Below, piece by piece: positions 47,481 through 56,802 of a stretch of DNA of 64,000 nucleotides. The stretch covers positions 29,553 to 93,552 of IMG/VR virus record IMGVR_UViG_3300014204_000141. One strand, 5' to 3'. Source of the DNA: a virus (taxonomy: Duplodnaviria; Caudoviricetes). The first letter of the stretch is position 1. Every line of letters starts with the position of its first letter. Below the pieces are notes generated by a model that saw only the letters and a list, made by a program, of their open reading frames with translations, made no database searches and was not told the origin of the DNA. The position numbers and the translations under genes are program-made.

Positions 47481-47689
47481 CTGACTATTTAACTAAAGCA
47501 GAATTTAATGTTTATAAAGCCAATACCGACAAATCCATAAAAAGCATAATATCCCAAATTGCGGGCTTGCAGAACCAATTCAATGACATTGACTCCGCAA
47601 GCCCGGCTGAGTTTAATAAGTTTAAAACGTTAATGGAAGCACGTATTAAAGTTATTATCAATCAACTTAAACAACTTAGAGAAACATAA
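47477..47689 (+). CDS. Small coiled-coil protein
   Basis: ATGA overlap; DYLTKAEF motif. Confidence 0.6.
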   Translation: MTDYLTKAEFNVYKANTDKSIKSIISQIAGLQNQFNDIDSASPAEFNKFKTLMEARIKVIINQLKQLRET

Positions 47690-47690
47690 T

Positions 47691-47963
47691 CTATGTGGAA
47701 ATGGCTTTGATAAAATCTGGAAATTCACTTTCCAATCCCTCTTCACATTTTCTTATGGTTCTACCCAAAATATCTACCTCAAGACTTAACATGTCCTTTT
47801 GTTGTGAAACTTTTGCCACATCCGTACCTAATATTATACCATTTCCAGTCAGTACATCCAATTGTATGGATTTAGAAAAATATTTAACATGAAGATTTTC
47901 TAAATCACTAACAATTAAATCAAAAACCCGTTTTCTGTTTGCGTATTTAATTTCCAATGCCAA
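47691..47963 (-). CDS. Hypothetical helical protein
   Basis: GGAGG upstream of TTG start; last gene of the minus-strand operon. Confidence 0.55.
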   Translation of the reverse strand: MALEIKYANRKRVFDLIVSDLENLHVKYFSKSIQLDVLTGNGIILGTDVAKVSQQKDMLSLEVDILGRTIRKCEEGLESEFPDFIKAIST

Positions 47964-48177
47964 CCTCCTTTTTTATGACTTCTTTCAGTTTAGCCAGCGT
48001 CAACTCATTGGCTTGATACATAAGTTCTAATTGTGATATCTGCGCCGCCATCTGGCCCGCAGCTTCCCCTTTTACCTGACTTTCCTTAAGCACCTTGATT
48101 AAAGCCGCTGATACAAACAAATCAGCTTCAAGATCTACAACTTTTTCTTCAAGTCTTGCTAATACTTTACTGTCCAT
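47947..48177 (-). CDS. Small coiled-coil protein
   Basis: GGAGGTG RBS before ATG 48177. Confidence 0.6.
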   Translation of the reverse strand: MDSKVLARLEEKVVDLEADLFVSAALIKVLKESQVKGEAAGQMAAQISQLELMYQANELTLAKLKEVIKKEVGIGN

Positions 48178-49327
48178 TACCCTCACCTCCTTTTGATGTG
48201 CATTTTTCTCTGATTCCATTTTTAACATACGGTGTATATAAACCTCTATTATCCGGGGTTAATTTATTTAATTTAGCTAATGTTATTTTTCTTTTCCATG
48301 TTATACCTTCTTCATTATTGACCCCCATCAGTAGTTGTGATGGTTGAGATGCGGTTTGCATTTTATGAACTGAAAATTCGCTCGCACCCATGAAAGAACC
48401 GTTAATAATACGTTCTCCATACGGAACATCTACATTAAAAGAATTGTGAAAATGGCCGCAATGCATAAAATGTATCATTAAATTAAATAACTGCACTATT
48501 CGTGTATGTGTTCTTTCCAATCCATAATACGGAACGCCCATCCAACCCCGAACTTCATTTCCATGCATTATCAAATGTGTCCAATTTGGGGCCTCAGGAA
48601 GCCTAAATACCATCATATTGGACTCGGATATGATAAACTCCACATTACCTATATTTTTCAATCTTTCGCTCATTAAACGGTATAGAACGTAATCCCAATT
48701 AGATCTATATGACATTTCACCTTTTTTAGATGAACCTCTACCGTGATTACCAGCGACACAACGCCATATCATTTTACAATCTTTGGGAAGACTTGCCATA
48801 ACTGGAAGTATAAAGTGTTTAATTATAGCTTCTGATCCTTGTGTTACTTGATCTATTAAATCTAAATCAATTTTACGACCTTGGCCGGGAAAAATATTTT
48901 CTCCGGTGCAAATATCTCCAAGCGCGTTTATATTTAATACGCCTAAAGATTTTTTACTAGAGTATTCTTGCACATGCGCAACCACATCCTCTGCAAGTTT
49001 TTTAATGTATTTTATAAATATGCTGAAGTTGTATACTGATAAATTCGCCACATCATCGCCTTTAACCAATTCCCCTATATGAACATCTCCAAATTCCAAT
49101 ATCACACTACTTCGTTTTTTAGTATACTGTTTGGGTTGTATTGGTTTTATTGTATATATAGGTGGCAGAGGTGTAATACGTTTTTCTATTTCTCTGACGA
49201 GTAATTCTCTCATATTAGATAAATCTGCGATTATCTTTTCTTTTCTCTTATTTTCCCCTTCAAGGTACTTATACATAGGATCTTGTTTTCTTAAAGATTC
49301 GCGCACAACATTTGTTATATTTGTCAT
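48167..49327 (-). CDS. Metallophosphoesterase (Mre11 / DNA polymerase small-subunit-like, phage type)
   Basis: GDVHIG, LGD, GNHGR, MHG, GHFH motifs; N-terminal coiled coil. Confidence 0.85.
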   Translation of the reverse strand: MTNITNVVRESLRKQDPMYKYLEGENKRKEKIIADLSNMRELLVREIEKRITPLPPIYTIKPIQPKQYTKKRSSVILEFGDVHIGELVKGDDVANLSVYNFSIFIKYIKKLAEDVVAHVQEYSSKKSLGVLNINALGDICTGENIFPGQGRKIDLDLIDQVTQGSEAIIKHFILPVMASLPKDCKMIWRCVAGNHGRGSSKKGEMSYRSNWDYVLYRLMSERLKNIGNVEFIISESNMMVFRLPEAPNWTHLIMHGNEVRGWMGVPYYGLERTHTRIVQLFNLMIHFMHCGHFHNSFNVDVPYGERIINGSFMGASEFSVHKMQTASQPSQLLMGVNNEEGITWKRKITLAKLNKLTPDNRGLYTPYVKNGIREKCTSKGGEGNGQ

Positions 49328-49335
49328 TATTTCTC

Positions 49336-49626
49336 CTATATTATTCTGATTTTTATTGAAAACTTTTTATCGACTTTAGCAGACAATGTCGCACATTTTT
49401 CTATGGTTTCCTTTTTACCATAGTAGCTTTTACCATCTTCAACTTTTATTGATGATACATGAGAATGGATATAACCGCCAATAGCTCTTACAGTTATATC
49501 AACTTTTTTCTTCCGCAATTCCTGTAAAATATCATGTAATGTGTATAATTTTTTAGGATTTTCTTGGAATAATGCGCTGATTTTACTAAATAGTGTTGAT
49601 GTTGATAGTATCTGATCAATTGTCAT
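49336..49626 (-). CDS. Small basic putative winged-helix protein
   Basis: 'LFQENPKKLYTLHDILQELRKKKVDITVRAIGGYI'. Confidence 0.45.
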   Translation of the reverse strand: MTIDQILSTSTLFSKISALFQENPKKLYTLHDILQELRKKKVDITVRAIGGYIHSHVSSIKVEDGKSYYGKKETIEKCATLSAKVDKKFSIKIRII

Positions 49627-50233
49627 TATAAATCTTCGCTCCTTTTACTAAATAAATTGGTAAATTATCATGTTTAATAATAAGTCGCGTTTCTATTCCT
49701 TTTTTATTTAATAGTATTTGTTTTTTTAATAAACCTTGTTTTTTACCATAGATGTTAGAGTGCCCCATATATGGTAATTCTATTCTGCTCACGCTTTCTA
49801 ATGCGCGTTGGATTGTTAGGGAGTTTATTAATATATTACGACTTTCTAATTCTTTGCAAATTTCTTCAGACGTGTAAACCCGATTTGGGTATTTATCTAG
49901 TACAGCGTAAATAAAAACATTGGCTGGTATTTGTGTTTTTATATTTGGATCTATTTTATCAAATTCACAATTTTTTAGTGATGTTACTAAAGCATGTAGT
50001 GTTTCGGTTCGACTCGAATAAAAAGCTTTGTTACCAAAAATGAGATGATGAGGTTCAAAAAATCTGAGATTATCATGCATTTTTTTAAATGTTGGATATA
50101 AAGATTTAAGCATTTTTACAGAAAATATTAGGTCCGGATTTTTTACAAACATTGACACACATTCATTTTTTAATTTGAGTCTTTCTGATATAATTTCTTT
50201 TTTATTACGATTTAGTGATAATGTTAATGACAT
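49616..50233 (-). CDS. Basic protein with winged-helix-like repeats
   Basis: 'LDKYPNRVYTSEEICKELESRNILINSLTIQRAL' parallels the downstream gene; GGAG RBS before ATG 50233. Confidence 0.45.
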   Translation of the reverse strand: MSLTLSLNRNKKEIISERLKLKNECVSMFVKNPDLIFSVKMLKSLYPTFKKMHDNLRFFEPHHLIFGNKAFYSSRTETLHALVTSLKNCEFDKIDPNIKTQIPANVFIYAVLDKYPNRVYTSEEICKELESRNILINSLTIQRALESVSRIELPYMGHSNIYGKKQGLLKKQILLNKKGIETRLIIKHDNLPIYLVKGAKIYNDN

Positions 50234-50943
50234 TGATTCTCCTTTAAACACATATTTATGTATTCACAGTTTCGACATTTTTCGTCTCTACCATAACCTA
50301 TTAAACACCAATACTTATACTCCGGTTTAGATATTTTTCTTTCGGAATATAATTGCCTTATTTCATTAATAGTATAATAGGGATGATAATCACATGGCGG
50401 AATAACGCTATTAAATATATAATGACTAAATAAATTCACGCGTTCGGTTATATCATCGATCTTGACATCGCTTAAAGTCTCATCATATAAAACACAACCA
50501 TCCTTAATAGTTATATTAAATTTTGTTTTGGCGCAACTCAATCTGTTTATATATATTATTTCAGCCGAGTTAAATTGAGATAATATAGTTAAAGAAAACC
50601 CCACTTCAATTAAGTGTTCCGTAACTGGGTTTCCAATATTTGTATTATCTCCAAAAACTGTTGTTATGTCACGTTTAGTTGCTATGACATAATATTTTTC
50701 ATTATCATTGAATTCGCCTTCTATACTTATACCATTTATATACTTAAAACCTATTTCCGCATATGGTGAAGATAATTCACTCTCAATTATGGCATTGTTA
50801 TATTTTAATGCGTTTAAATATTCTTCTTGCGGTTTAAGTATTAATGAATTGTCTGGATCTTTAATAGAATAATAAAGATTTCTCAAACAACGACCATATA
50901 CACCATTAATTGTTAATATACTCAAATCCTTACATTTTATCAT
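50224..50943 (-). CDS. Cas4-like / PD-(D/E)XK-fold protein with Fe-S cysteine pattern
   Basis: N-terminal 'GRCLRNLYY' and C-terminal 'CRNCEYINMC'; catalytic D/ExK not recognisable. Confidence 0.55.
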   Translation of the reverse strand: MIKCKDLSILTINGVYGRCLRNLYYSIKDPDNSLILKPQEEYLNALKYNNAIIESELSSPYAEIGFKYINGISIEGEFNDNEKYYVIATKRDITTVFGDNTNIGNPVTEHLIEVGFSLTILSQFNSAEIIYINRLSCAKTKFNITIKDGCVLYDETLSDVKIDDITERVNLFSHYIFNSVIPPCDYHPYYTINEIRQLYSERKISKPEYKYWCLIGYGRDEKCRNCEYINMCLKENQCH

Positions 50944-53432
50944 TAAAATGGCAATCCCCCATTAAATGGATCAGCACGACGTTTGGATTCGTTTTTAGTT
51001 TCGTATTTAGCCACTACCTCACTCCTATCTACTTCTTCCATATAACTACTATCAGTTCTGAATTTAAAGTACGCACGACCTTTAAAACTGCCTTCCTTGT
51101 TCTTTGCAAAATCCATTTCTAGATACGGCATCCTTACAGGACCGAATTCATTGCGAGTTTCCCATGATACAATACTATTAGAATCATAATGGAGATCCTG
51201 ATATAATAGTAAAAGTAGGTCTGAATCATAAACAATACCACCAGTTTCTTTAACATCTAAATATGTAGGTCTTGTTCCATATGCTGATAATTTACGTAAT
51301 TCTAGTGTTGATATTATTGGCATATTATATTGAACTGTTAGTCCTTTTAAACGTTTACTTGTATCTTCTGCTCTTTTGCGAGCATCTTCATTTTGAAAAT
51401 CTTGTAATACATGAAAATGGTCAATAATACCTATAACTGTTTTGTCGTGGTATTTGTTTTTATAATAATTAACGTATTTTTCCAACGCTAAAGTAGTAGA
51501 GCCGTCAGTTATATCTTTTATTATTAATCTTTCAGACAGAGCATGCATTTTTTTCCAAGATTCCGAGAATTTGTTTCGTTTTGCATCATTATTCCATATT
51601 TTGTGTTTGGCTCTACGAACATCGTTAATTGATAAATAATTGGTATCGTCTATATTTGAAACCGACATCAATGATATAAAACTTGATGTCATTTTCGAAA
51701 ATGCGTCGTCTATAGACATAAGAATTATTATTAAATCGGGATTACTAATAAGCAATTCATAACTAAGTGCACGTAAAAATGAACTTTTTCCGCAATTTGA
51801 ATCAGCCGCAATACCAATAAAAGACGCTTCTCTTGGAAATCCTTCAGTTACTTCTTGAAATCGTTTGAACCTTCCACAATTTAAACCCGTTTTTGCTTCA
51901 TGTGAACATAATTTTTCGAATTCTATAAGGCGTTCTTTGTATTTTTCTGATGATGTTGCAGTTACCTCGTGACCTTCTTGTAACACTATGGCTTCTTCAC
52001 TGATTGATTTAAGTTTAGCTGTTAAAGATTCTAAAGATTTACACCTCTGTATTTCTTTTAATGTTTTACCTCTAAATTCTGCAATTTCTTCATGGTGTTT
52101 AAAATCTCTATCACCAATCAACATTTTTATTTCAGCGTTTATTGTATCGTATGGTATATCAGTACGAGCACTAAGAGCGTTTGCCATATTATATTGAATA
52201 ATAGGCGATTTTTCCATATAGATAAATGGTATCATTTCCTTACATATTCTTTCTTTTTCATAATGAAATGGGTATTTAGCTAGTTTATACTCAAACGGAT
52301 TCATTGTTTTGATATTGTTAAAATCTTCTACAGTCTTGACTTTGAAAAAATCATCAGGATCCATACTATCCGGTAGAATTTTTATTTTTATATCAAAATA
52401 TCTATATTTAGAACATGCTTCTATAGCGCGTTCCAGACCTATGTTTCCTCCTTCATCATTGTCAAACATCAGGTTAAGACTGAATATATTATTTTTCTTT
52501 AATAGATCCAAGTGACTGTAATCAGCTTCATCAGTTAATGCCACACCACCTAAAGCAACGACATTTTTGATACCTTTTTCATAGAGTGTAGGTACATCAC
52601 CATAACCTTCGACTATCCACATATCCGTATAATATTTTTTGGCAATGTGAAAGTTGTATAATATGTTACCTTTAGTATAAATGGGACTATTAAGACTATT
52701 AAAGTATTTTATTGGTTTTTCTTCAGATTTACTTCCATTTTTAACCCATAATTCAAATTCCTTTTCGTAAGTCGTATCGCGGGCCGCAAATCCAACGGGA
52801 TTACCACCAGAATTACAAATTATGAATATTAAGTTCTTTCTATTAAATATTCTTTTGCTTGACAGTTCTATAGAATGAAGATATTCTACAGACCATCCCA
52901 TATTGGTCATAGTGTTTATATACTTTTCATATGAGTCTATGGCAGTTATTTTTAAGAGTTTTGCCGTATCTACAGACCAATTACGTTCTGCTAAATATTT
53001 GTATATTATGGGTGTGTGTTGTGATTGTTCATCAGATTTATCTAAAACGCTCATTAGAACCGTTGAGGCGTCCTTGTATGCTCTGTAACGAGTATATTTT
53101 TCTTTATCGTCATCGCTCATTTCTTCTTCATCAAGAACGATGTTAAATTTCTTTGCCATCGTCGGTAATGTTATTTTATAAAAGTCACTACCTTCAATAG
53201 GAAGTCCTTCAATGTGATGTGCTAGCGTGAACACTGAACCGGATTGAGAACAGCCGAAGCAATGATAGACAGCGGTGTTAAACGGTACAATATGGCACGA
53301 CGGATCCTTATCTTCATGTAAACCCGATTTACACCTCCACATGCCTTTATCATTAGGAACTATGTGTTGGTGTTGAATCATGTATTCACTAAGTTTATTG
53401 GATATTTCTTGAATAGCATCCTGTGTTTTCAT
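50943..53432 (-). CDS. Fused DnaG-type primase / DnaB-type (SF4) helicase
   Basis: CHC2 zinc finger (CKSGLHEDKDPS...YHCFGC), KYFNS, TOPRIM (VEGYGD, FDND), Walker A 'ADSNCGKS', IIDH, 'KETGGIVYDSD', KNK. AAGGA RBS before ATG 53432 (track start GTG 53453). Confidence 0.9.
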   Translation of the reverse strand: MKTQDAIQEISNKLSEYMIQHQHIVPNDKGMWRCKSGLHEDKDPSCHIVPFNTAVYHCFGCSQSGSVFTLAHHIEGLPIEGSDFYKITLPTMAKKFNIVLDEEEMSDDDKEKYTRYRAYKDASTVLMSVLDKSDEQSQHTPIIYKYLAERNWSVDTAKLLKITAIDSYEKYINTMTNMGWSVEYLHSIELSSKRIFNRKNLIFIICNSGGNPVGFAARDTTYEKEFELWVKNGSKSEEKPIKYFNSLNSPIYTKGNILYNFHIAKKYYTDMWIVEGYGDVPTLYEKGIKNVVALGGVALTDEADYSHLDLLKKNNIFSLNLMFDNDEGGNIGLERAIEACSKYRYFDIKIKILPDSMDPDDFFKVKTVEDFNNIKTMNPFEYKLAKYPFHYEKERICKEMIPFIYMEKSPIIQYNMANALSARTDIPYDTINAEIKMLIGDRDFKHHEEIAEFRGKTLKEIQRCKSLESLTAKLKSISEEAIVLQEGHEVTATSSEKYKERLIEFEKLCSHEAKTGLNCGRFKRFQEVTEGFPREASFIGIAADSNCGKSSFLRALSYELLISNPDLIIILMSIDDAFSKMTSSFISLMSVSNIDDTNYLSINDVRRAKHKIWNNDAKRNKFSESWKKMHALSERLIIKDITDGSTTLALEKYVNYYKNKYHDKTVIGIIDHFHVLQDFQNEDARKRAEDTSKRLKGLTVQYNMPIISTLELRKLSAYGTRPTYLDVKETGGIVYDSDLLLLLYQDLHYDSNSIVSWETRNEFGPVRMPYLEMDFAKNKEGSFKGRAYFKFRTDSSYMEEVDRSEVVAKYETKNESKRRADPFNGGLPF

Positions 53433-53513
53433 TTCAATCCTTTTTGCGCCCACGCCGTTGAGATTAATTTGGTTTACGACGACAACACTGACATTTATTG
53501 TGTTCTATGATAT

Positions 53514-53542
53514 ATTATATACCAAAAATTCGAAATTGTAAA
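53514..53542 (-). promoter_or_regulatory. Sigma70-type promoter TTTACA-N17-TATAAT driving the replication operon
   Basis: Minus strand reads cTTTACAatttcgaatttttggtaTATAAT. Confidence 0.8.
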
Positions 53543-53551
53543 GAAAAATAC

Positions 53552-53580
53552 TTTACAAAGCCATTTTTTATGTATATAAT
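53552..53580 (+). promoter_or_regulatory. Sigma70-type promoter TTTACA-N17-TATAAT, ATG 7 nt downstream
   Basis: cTTTACAaagccattttttatgtaTATAATatatataATG. Confidence 0.8.
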
Positions 53581-53587
53581 ATATATA

Positions 53588-54073
53588 ATGAATAACATAA
53601 CGCTAATGTCAATTATTGGTGATAAATTCAATATACCAAATAATAGTAACTTTAAAAAAATTGCGGCTTACATTTTCTATAAAAGATTACGTAATAACAA
53701 CGTCTCTATAGATGCGTTATTATCAAGATTTAATAAAGATAATGAAGTTGAAAATGCAATCAATAGGGAAATAATATTTAATTTGTATGAGTTTGTTTCA
53801 ACCTATAATGATAATATAATATGTGTGGCGTTGCCGTACAAAACAAAATATAATGGAAGCTTAATTAATGATACATTTGATTTAATCAGTACAAATACTG
53901 AAAATGAACATAGTATTTATATTATAAATTTTTCACCATACGCTATATTTAACACTAAACAACTTGATAATATTTTTAATATTTGCGGAAATGTATTTAG
54001 AATGGAGTTTAACAAGGAACTATCTAATATAAAAATTTTAAACGTGTTAAATAAAAACATCCTAATAATATGA
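53588..54073 (+). CDS. Hypothetical protein (possible degenerate PD-(D/E)XK fold)
   Basis: Start reassigned to the ATG after the promoter; 'LINDTFDLI...IYIINF' is only weakly nuclease-like. Confidence 0.5.
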   Translation: MNNITLMSIIGDKFNIPNNSNFKKIAAYIFYKRLRNNNVSIDALLSRFNKDNEVENAINREIIFNLYEFVSTYNDNIICVALPYKTKYNGSLINDTFDLISTNTENEHSIYIINFSPYAIFNTKQLDNIFNICGNVFRMEFNKELSNIKILNVLNKNILII

Positions 54074-54282
54074 TTAAAAAATATGAAGATGCTTGCGAGC
54101 AAACGCTCAACAAAACAAATAATTTAAATTTTATACTATTTTATTTACGTATTGTAAAAAATTACACATTTAAAGATATTGAAGAACGTATGGGTATTTC
54201 TCAGCATGCGACATGGCATAGACTAGAATCAGTATATAAAAAAATATATAAAAATACAGCAGATGAAAACATATCAAAATGA
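54070..54282 (+). CDS. Small HTH DNA-binding protein (sigma region 4-like)
   Basis: 'YTFKDIEERMGISQHATWHRLESVYKKI'. Confidence 0.7.
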   Translation: MIKKYEDACEQTLNKTNNLNFILFYLRIVKNYTFKDIEERMGISQHATWHRLESVYKKIYKNTADENISK

Positions 54283-54400
54283 GGGTTTATCAAAAAGAAA
54301 ATATGGTGTTGAACAAAATCAAATACAGCCAATTAGAAATGATACAAAGCTTGACGATTTGGCAAGTAGGATTTTAAAAAAAGTTCAACAGGGGGATAAT

Positions 54401-55468
54401 ATGAAAAAGGCAATAGAATTTGGCATTATAGGTGTTGGGCAAGCCGGCGGACGACTATCAGGTCAGTTCGAGAAATTAGGATATAAATGCTTAAATATTA
54501 ATACATCTGAACAGGATCTTGCTGAATCACCAACTACAAATAAACTTGTTATAGGAAACAAAATAGGTGCGGGCCGTGATTTAAAAATTGGCGCTGAGGC
54601 TATAAATACATATAAAGCGGTAATTATAAATAAGGTTGTAGGAACATTTGGAAACCTAAAACAAATTATTATTTGCTGTGGTAGTAGCGGTGGTAGTGGT
54701 GGCGGCGGCGTAATAAATCTCTTACGAATACTCAAAGAAAGTCGTTACTCTTGTGGTGTAATTACTACACTACCACTGAACAGTGAAGATACGAGATCAA
54801 AAAACAACACATTAATTGTTCTTAATGATTTGGTTAAGTATTCTATCGCAGAAAAAATGTCACCTTTTATTATAGTTGACAACGCCAAGATAGAAAAAAA
54901 ATATCCGGGACTATCAACATTAGAATTCTGGAATAAAGCCAATGACGATGTCGTAAAGTGTTTTAATTTGTTTAATGTACTAGCGGCTAAGTCTTCTAGT
55001 TATACAAGTTTTGATCCTGCTGATTATACAAAACTCATTCATTCTGGCGGCTGCATGATATTTGGACAGATGACTATAGATGGTTCAATTAGCGAAGGCA
55101 CATTAGCGGAAAGTATAAACAAAAACATAGATAGTGGTTTATTGGCTGATGGATTTAATTTAATGGAAGCTACGCATGCTGCATGTGTGATTATAGGTTC
55201 AAAGGAACTTCTTTATAAATTACCTAGAGCAGCTGAAGAAAACGCCTTCCAGTTATTAAATCAGTTGCTTGGTAGTGGCACGATATTTAAAGGTGTTTAT
55301 GAACTGCCGCAGTTAGACCACATAGAAGTAATATTTATGATTGGTGGATTAGGTCTTCCAGGTGTAAGAATTAAGAGTTTGGTTAAAAGCACTAAAGAAG
55401 AAGTTGAACATTTGGAGAAAAAAGCACCTCTTAGAACAGTTGATGACATTCTCAAGGATATGGACTGA
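54401..55468 (+). CDS. Tubulin/FtsZ-family GTPase (TubZ/PhuZ-like; track start 54263)
   Basis: 'IGVGQAGGR', 'INT', 'GAGRD', signature 'GSSGGSGGG', 'VDN', 'FDPADY'. GGGGG RBS before ATG 54401. Confidence 0.9.
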   Translation: MKKAIEFGIIGVGQAGGRLSGQFEKLGYKCLNINTSEQDLAESPTTNKLVIGNKIGAGRDLKIGAEAINTYKAVIINKVVGTFGNLKQIIICCGSSGGSGGGGVINLLRILKESRYSCGVITTLPLNSEDTRSKNNTLIVLNDLVKYSIAEKMSPFIIVDNAKIEKKYPGLSTLEFWNKANDDVVKCFNLFNVLAAKSSSYTSFDPADYTKLIHSGGCMIFGQMTIDGSISEGTLAESINKNIDSGLLADGFNLMEATHAACVIIGSKELLYKLPRAAEENAFQLLNQLLGSGTIFKGVYELPQLDHIEVIFMIGGLGLPGVRIKSLVKSTKEEVEHLEKKAPLRTVDDILKDMD

Positions 55469-55470
55469 TC

Positions 55471-55713
55471 ATGGGATTTTCAGTGATTCGGTCTGGTAAA
55501 GAATACTATTTACACGTTTGTAAGGGCCGGAGAAATGGAACAATTTATCATTTTTCATCCAATCCAACTGATGCTATAGATATGCCTGACGGTTATAAAG
55601 TTGGATTTGGATGTAAAAGTAAAATTCCATATATCAAAAAAATACAAAAATTGGAGAAAACGCAATCATCAGCAGATGATATTGATGAGTGGTTCAAGAA
55701 TAATACTGTATGA
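55471..55713 (+). CDS. Small basic beta-rich protein
   Basis: 'GKEYYLH...TIYHFS...MPDGYKV...KIPYIKK'; coupled to both neighbours. Confidence 0.6.
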   Translation: MGFSVIRSGKEYYLHVCKGRRNGTIYHFSSNPTDAIDMPDGYKVGFGCKSKIPYIKKIQKLEKTQSSADDIDEWFKNNTV

Positions 55714-56795
55714 TAAATAAAAATATAACATGTCTTGTTTTTAAAGTCAAAGTTTCTAATAAATTATATCCTATTTTGGAACGTTTGTATAATAAATGTT
55801 TCATAGAAGTCAAGAGGATGATTAAAAATAGAAATAAATCGAGTTCTAAATTTTACAAAAAAATACCTTGTGTGGTTGCTAAAAGTTTAATTTCAAAATA
55901 TCAGAAAAATAAAAAATGTCGTGTTGTTAAAAATTTAGTTATTCCAATTTGTGGTGATAAGGGGAAACAAATTAAAATAATAGAAAACGGTATACGAATT
56001 CCATCATTGTTTAAAAAAGAAATAATTCCTATAACATTTCTAAAACCCATTACTGGATTTATACGTCAAGTTGAATTTTTTAAAAGAAATAATATTTGGT
56101 ATATGTCTTATTCTTATAATACACCTATAGTTAATACTTTTATTAGCCCTGATAATTTTATTGGTATTGATCGTAATTCTGTTGGTAATGTTGTTGCTAT
56201 TGCTTTACCTAATGGTAATACTAAATTAATAGGACCAGATACATCAAGAATAACAAAGAACTTTAGAAATAGGAGATCGAAATTACAACATAAAGGAGTT
56301 AAATATGCATTAAAACAACTCAAAAGAAAACAAAGTAATAGAATAAAAGATATAAATCACAAAGTGTCTAAAACCATAGTTAATCTTGCCAAAACACATT
56401 GTTCCGCAATAGTTTTAGAAAATTTGGGTAAGATTTCCAAAAAAGGTAAGGCTAAAAGATATGTTCAAAAATCTCAATGGTCTTTCCACCAATTGGAAAG
56501 CTTTATCAAATACAAAGCGGCTTTGCTTGGCATACCCGTTTATTATGTATCATCTAATTACACTAGTCAAATATGTAATAAATGCGGGAGTATTAACAAA
56601 ATAAATGGTAAGAATTATAAATGCTCCAAGTGCGGACACGTTGCCCATCGCGACGAAAATGCAGCGTTAAATATTCGTGATAGAATGATAGGGCAAGGCG
56701 GTATCTGCAAGGTATTGCCGGGGCTTATTGACAATCCCCTAAACAGAACAATTCCTGCATTGATTGAGTCTGAATCATTGGGATGTGTCCAATGA
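55710..56795 (+). CDS. tnpB: IS200/IS605-family RNA-guided endonuclease TnpB
   Basis: RuvC I 'IGIDRN', RuvC II 'IVLENL', 'YTSQICNKCG...CSKCG' zinc ribbon, RuvC III 'RDENAALNI'. Confidence 0.9.
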   Translation: MINKNITCLVFKVKVSNKLYPILERLYNKCFIEVKRMIKNRNKSSSKFYKKIPCVVAKSLISKYQKNKKCRVVKNLVIPICGDKGKQIKIIENGIRIPSLFKKEIIPITFLKPITGFIRQVEFFKRNNIWYMSYSYNTPIVNTFISPDNFIGIDRNSVGNVVAIALPNGNTKLIGPDTSRITKNFRNRRSKLQHKGVKYALKQLKRKQSNRIKDINHKVSKTIVNLAKTHCSAIVLENLGKISKKGKAKRYVQKSQWSFHQLESFIKYKAALLGIPVYYVSSNYTSQICNKCGSINKINGKNYKCSKCGHVAHRDENAALNIRDRMIGQGGICKVLPGLIDNPLNRTIPALIESESLGCVQ

Positions 56796-56802
56796 GTATC
56801 AA
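56690..56802 (+). mobile_element. Putative IS605-type right end / omega-RNA scaffold overlapping the tnpB 3' end
   Basis: GC-rich hairpins GGCGGTATC/GGTATTGCC and GGGG..CCCC, then GAAT-CATTGG-N7-CCAATG-AGTA-TCAA (56772-56802), an IS608-like GAAT/hairpin/TCAA layout. Confidence 0.5.

Noticed and set aside
53498-53587. N-terminal extension of the 53498 ORF as called in the track
   Set aside because: It runs across the divergent promoter pair; ATG 53588 is the more plausible start.
50224-56795. CRISPR-Cas system (Cas4-like plus Cas12f-like TnpB)
   Set aside because: No repeat-spacer array and no cas1/cas2 seen; intergenic space is minimal; both genes have common non-CRISPR phage contexts.
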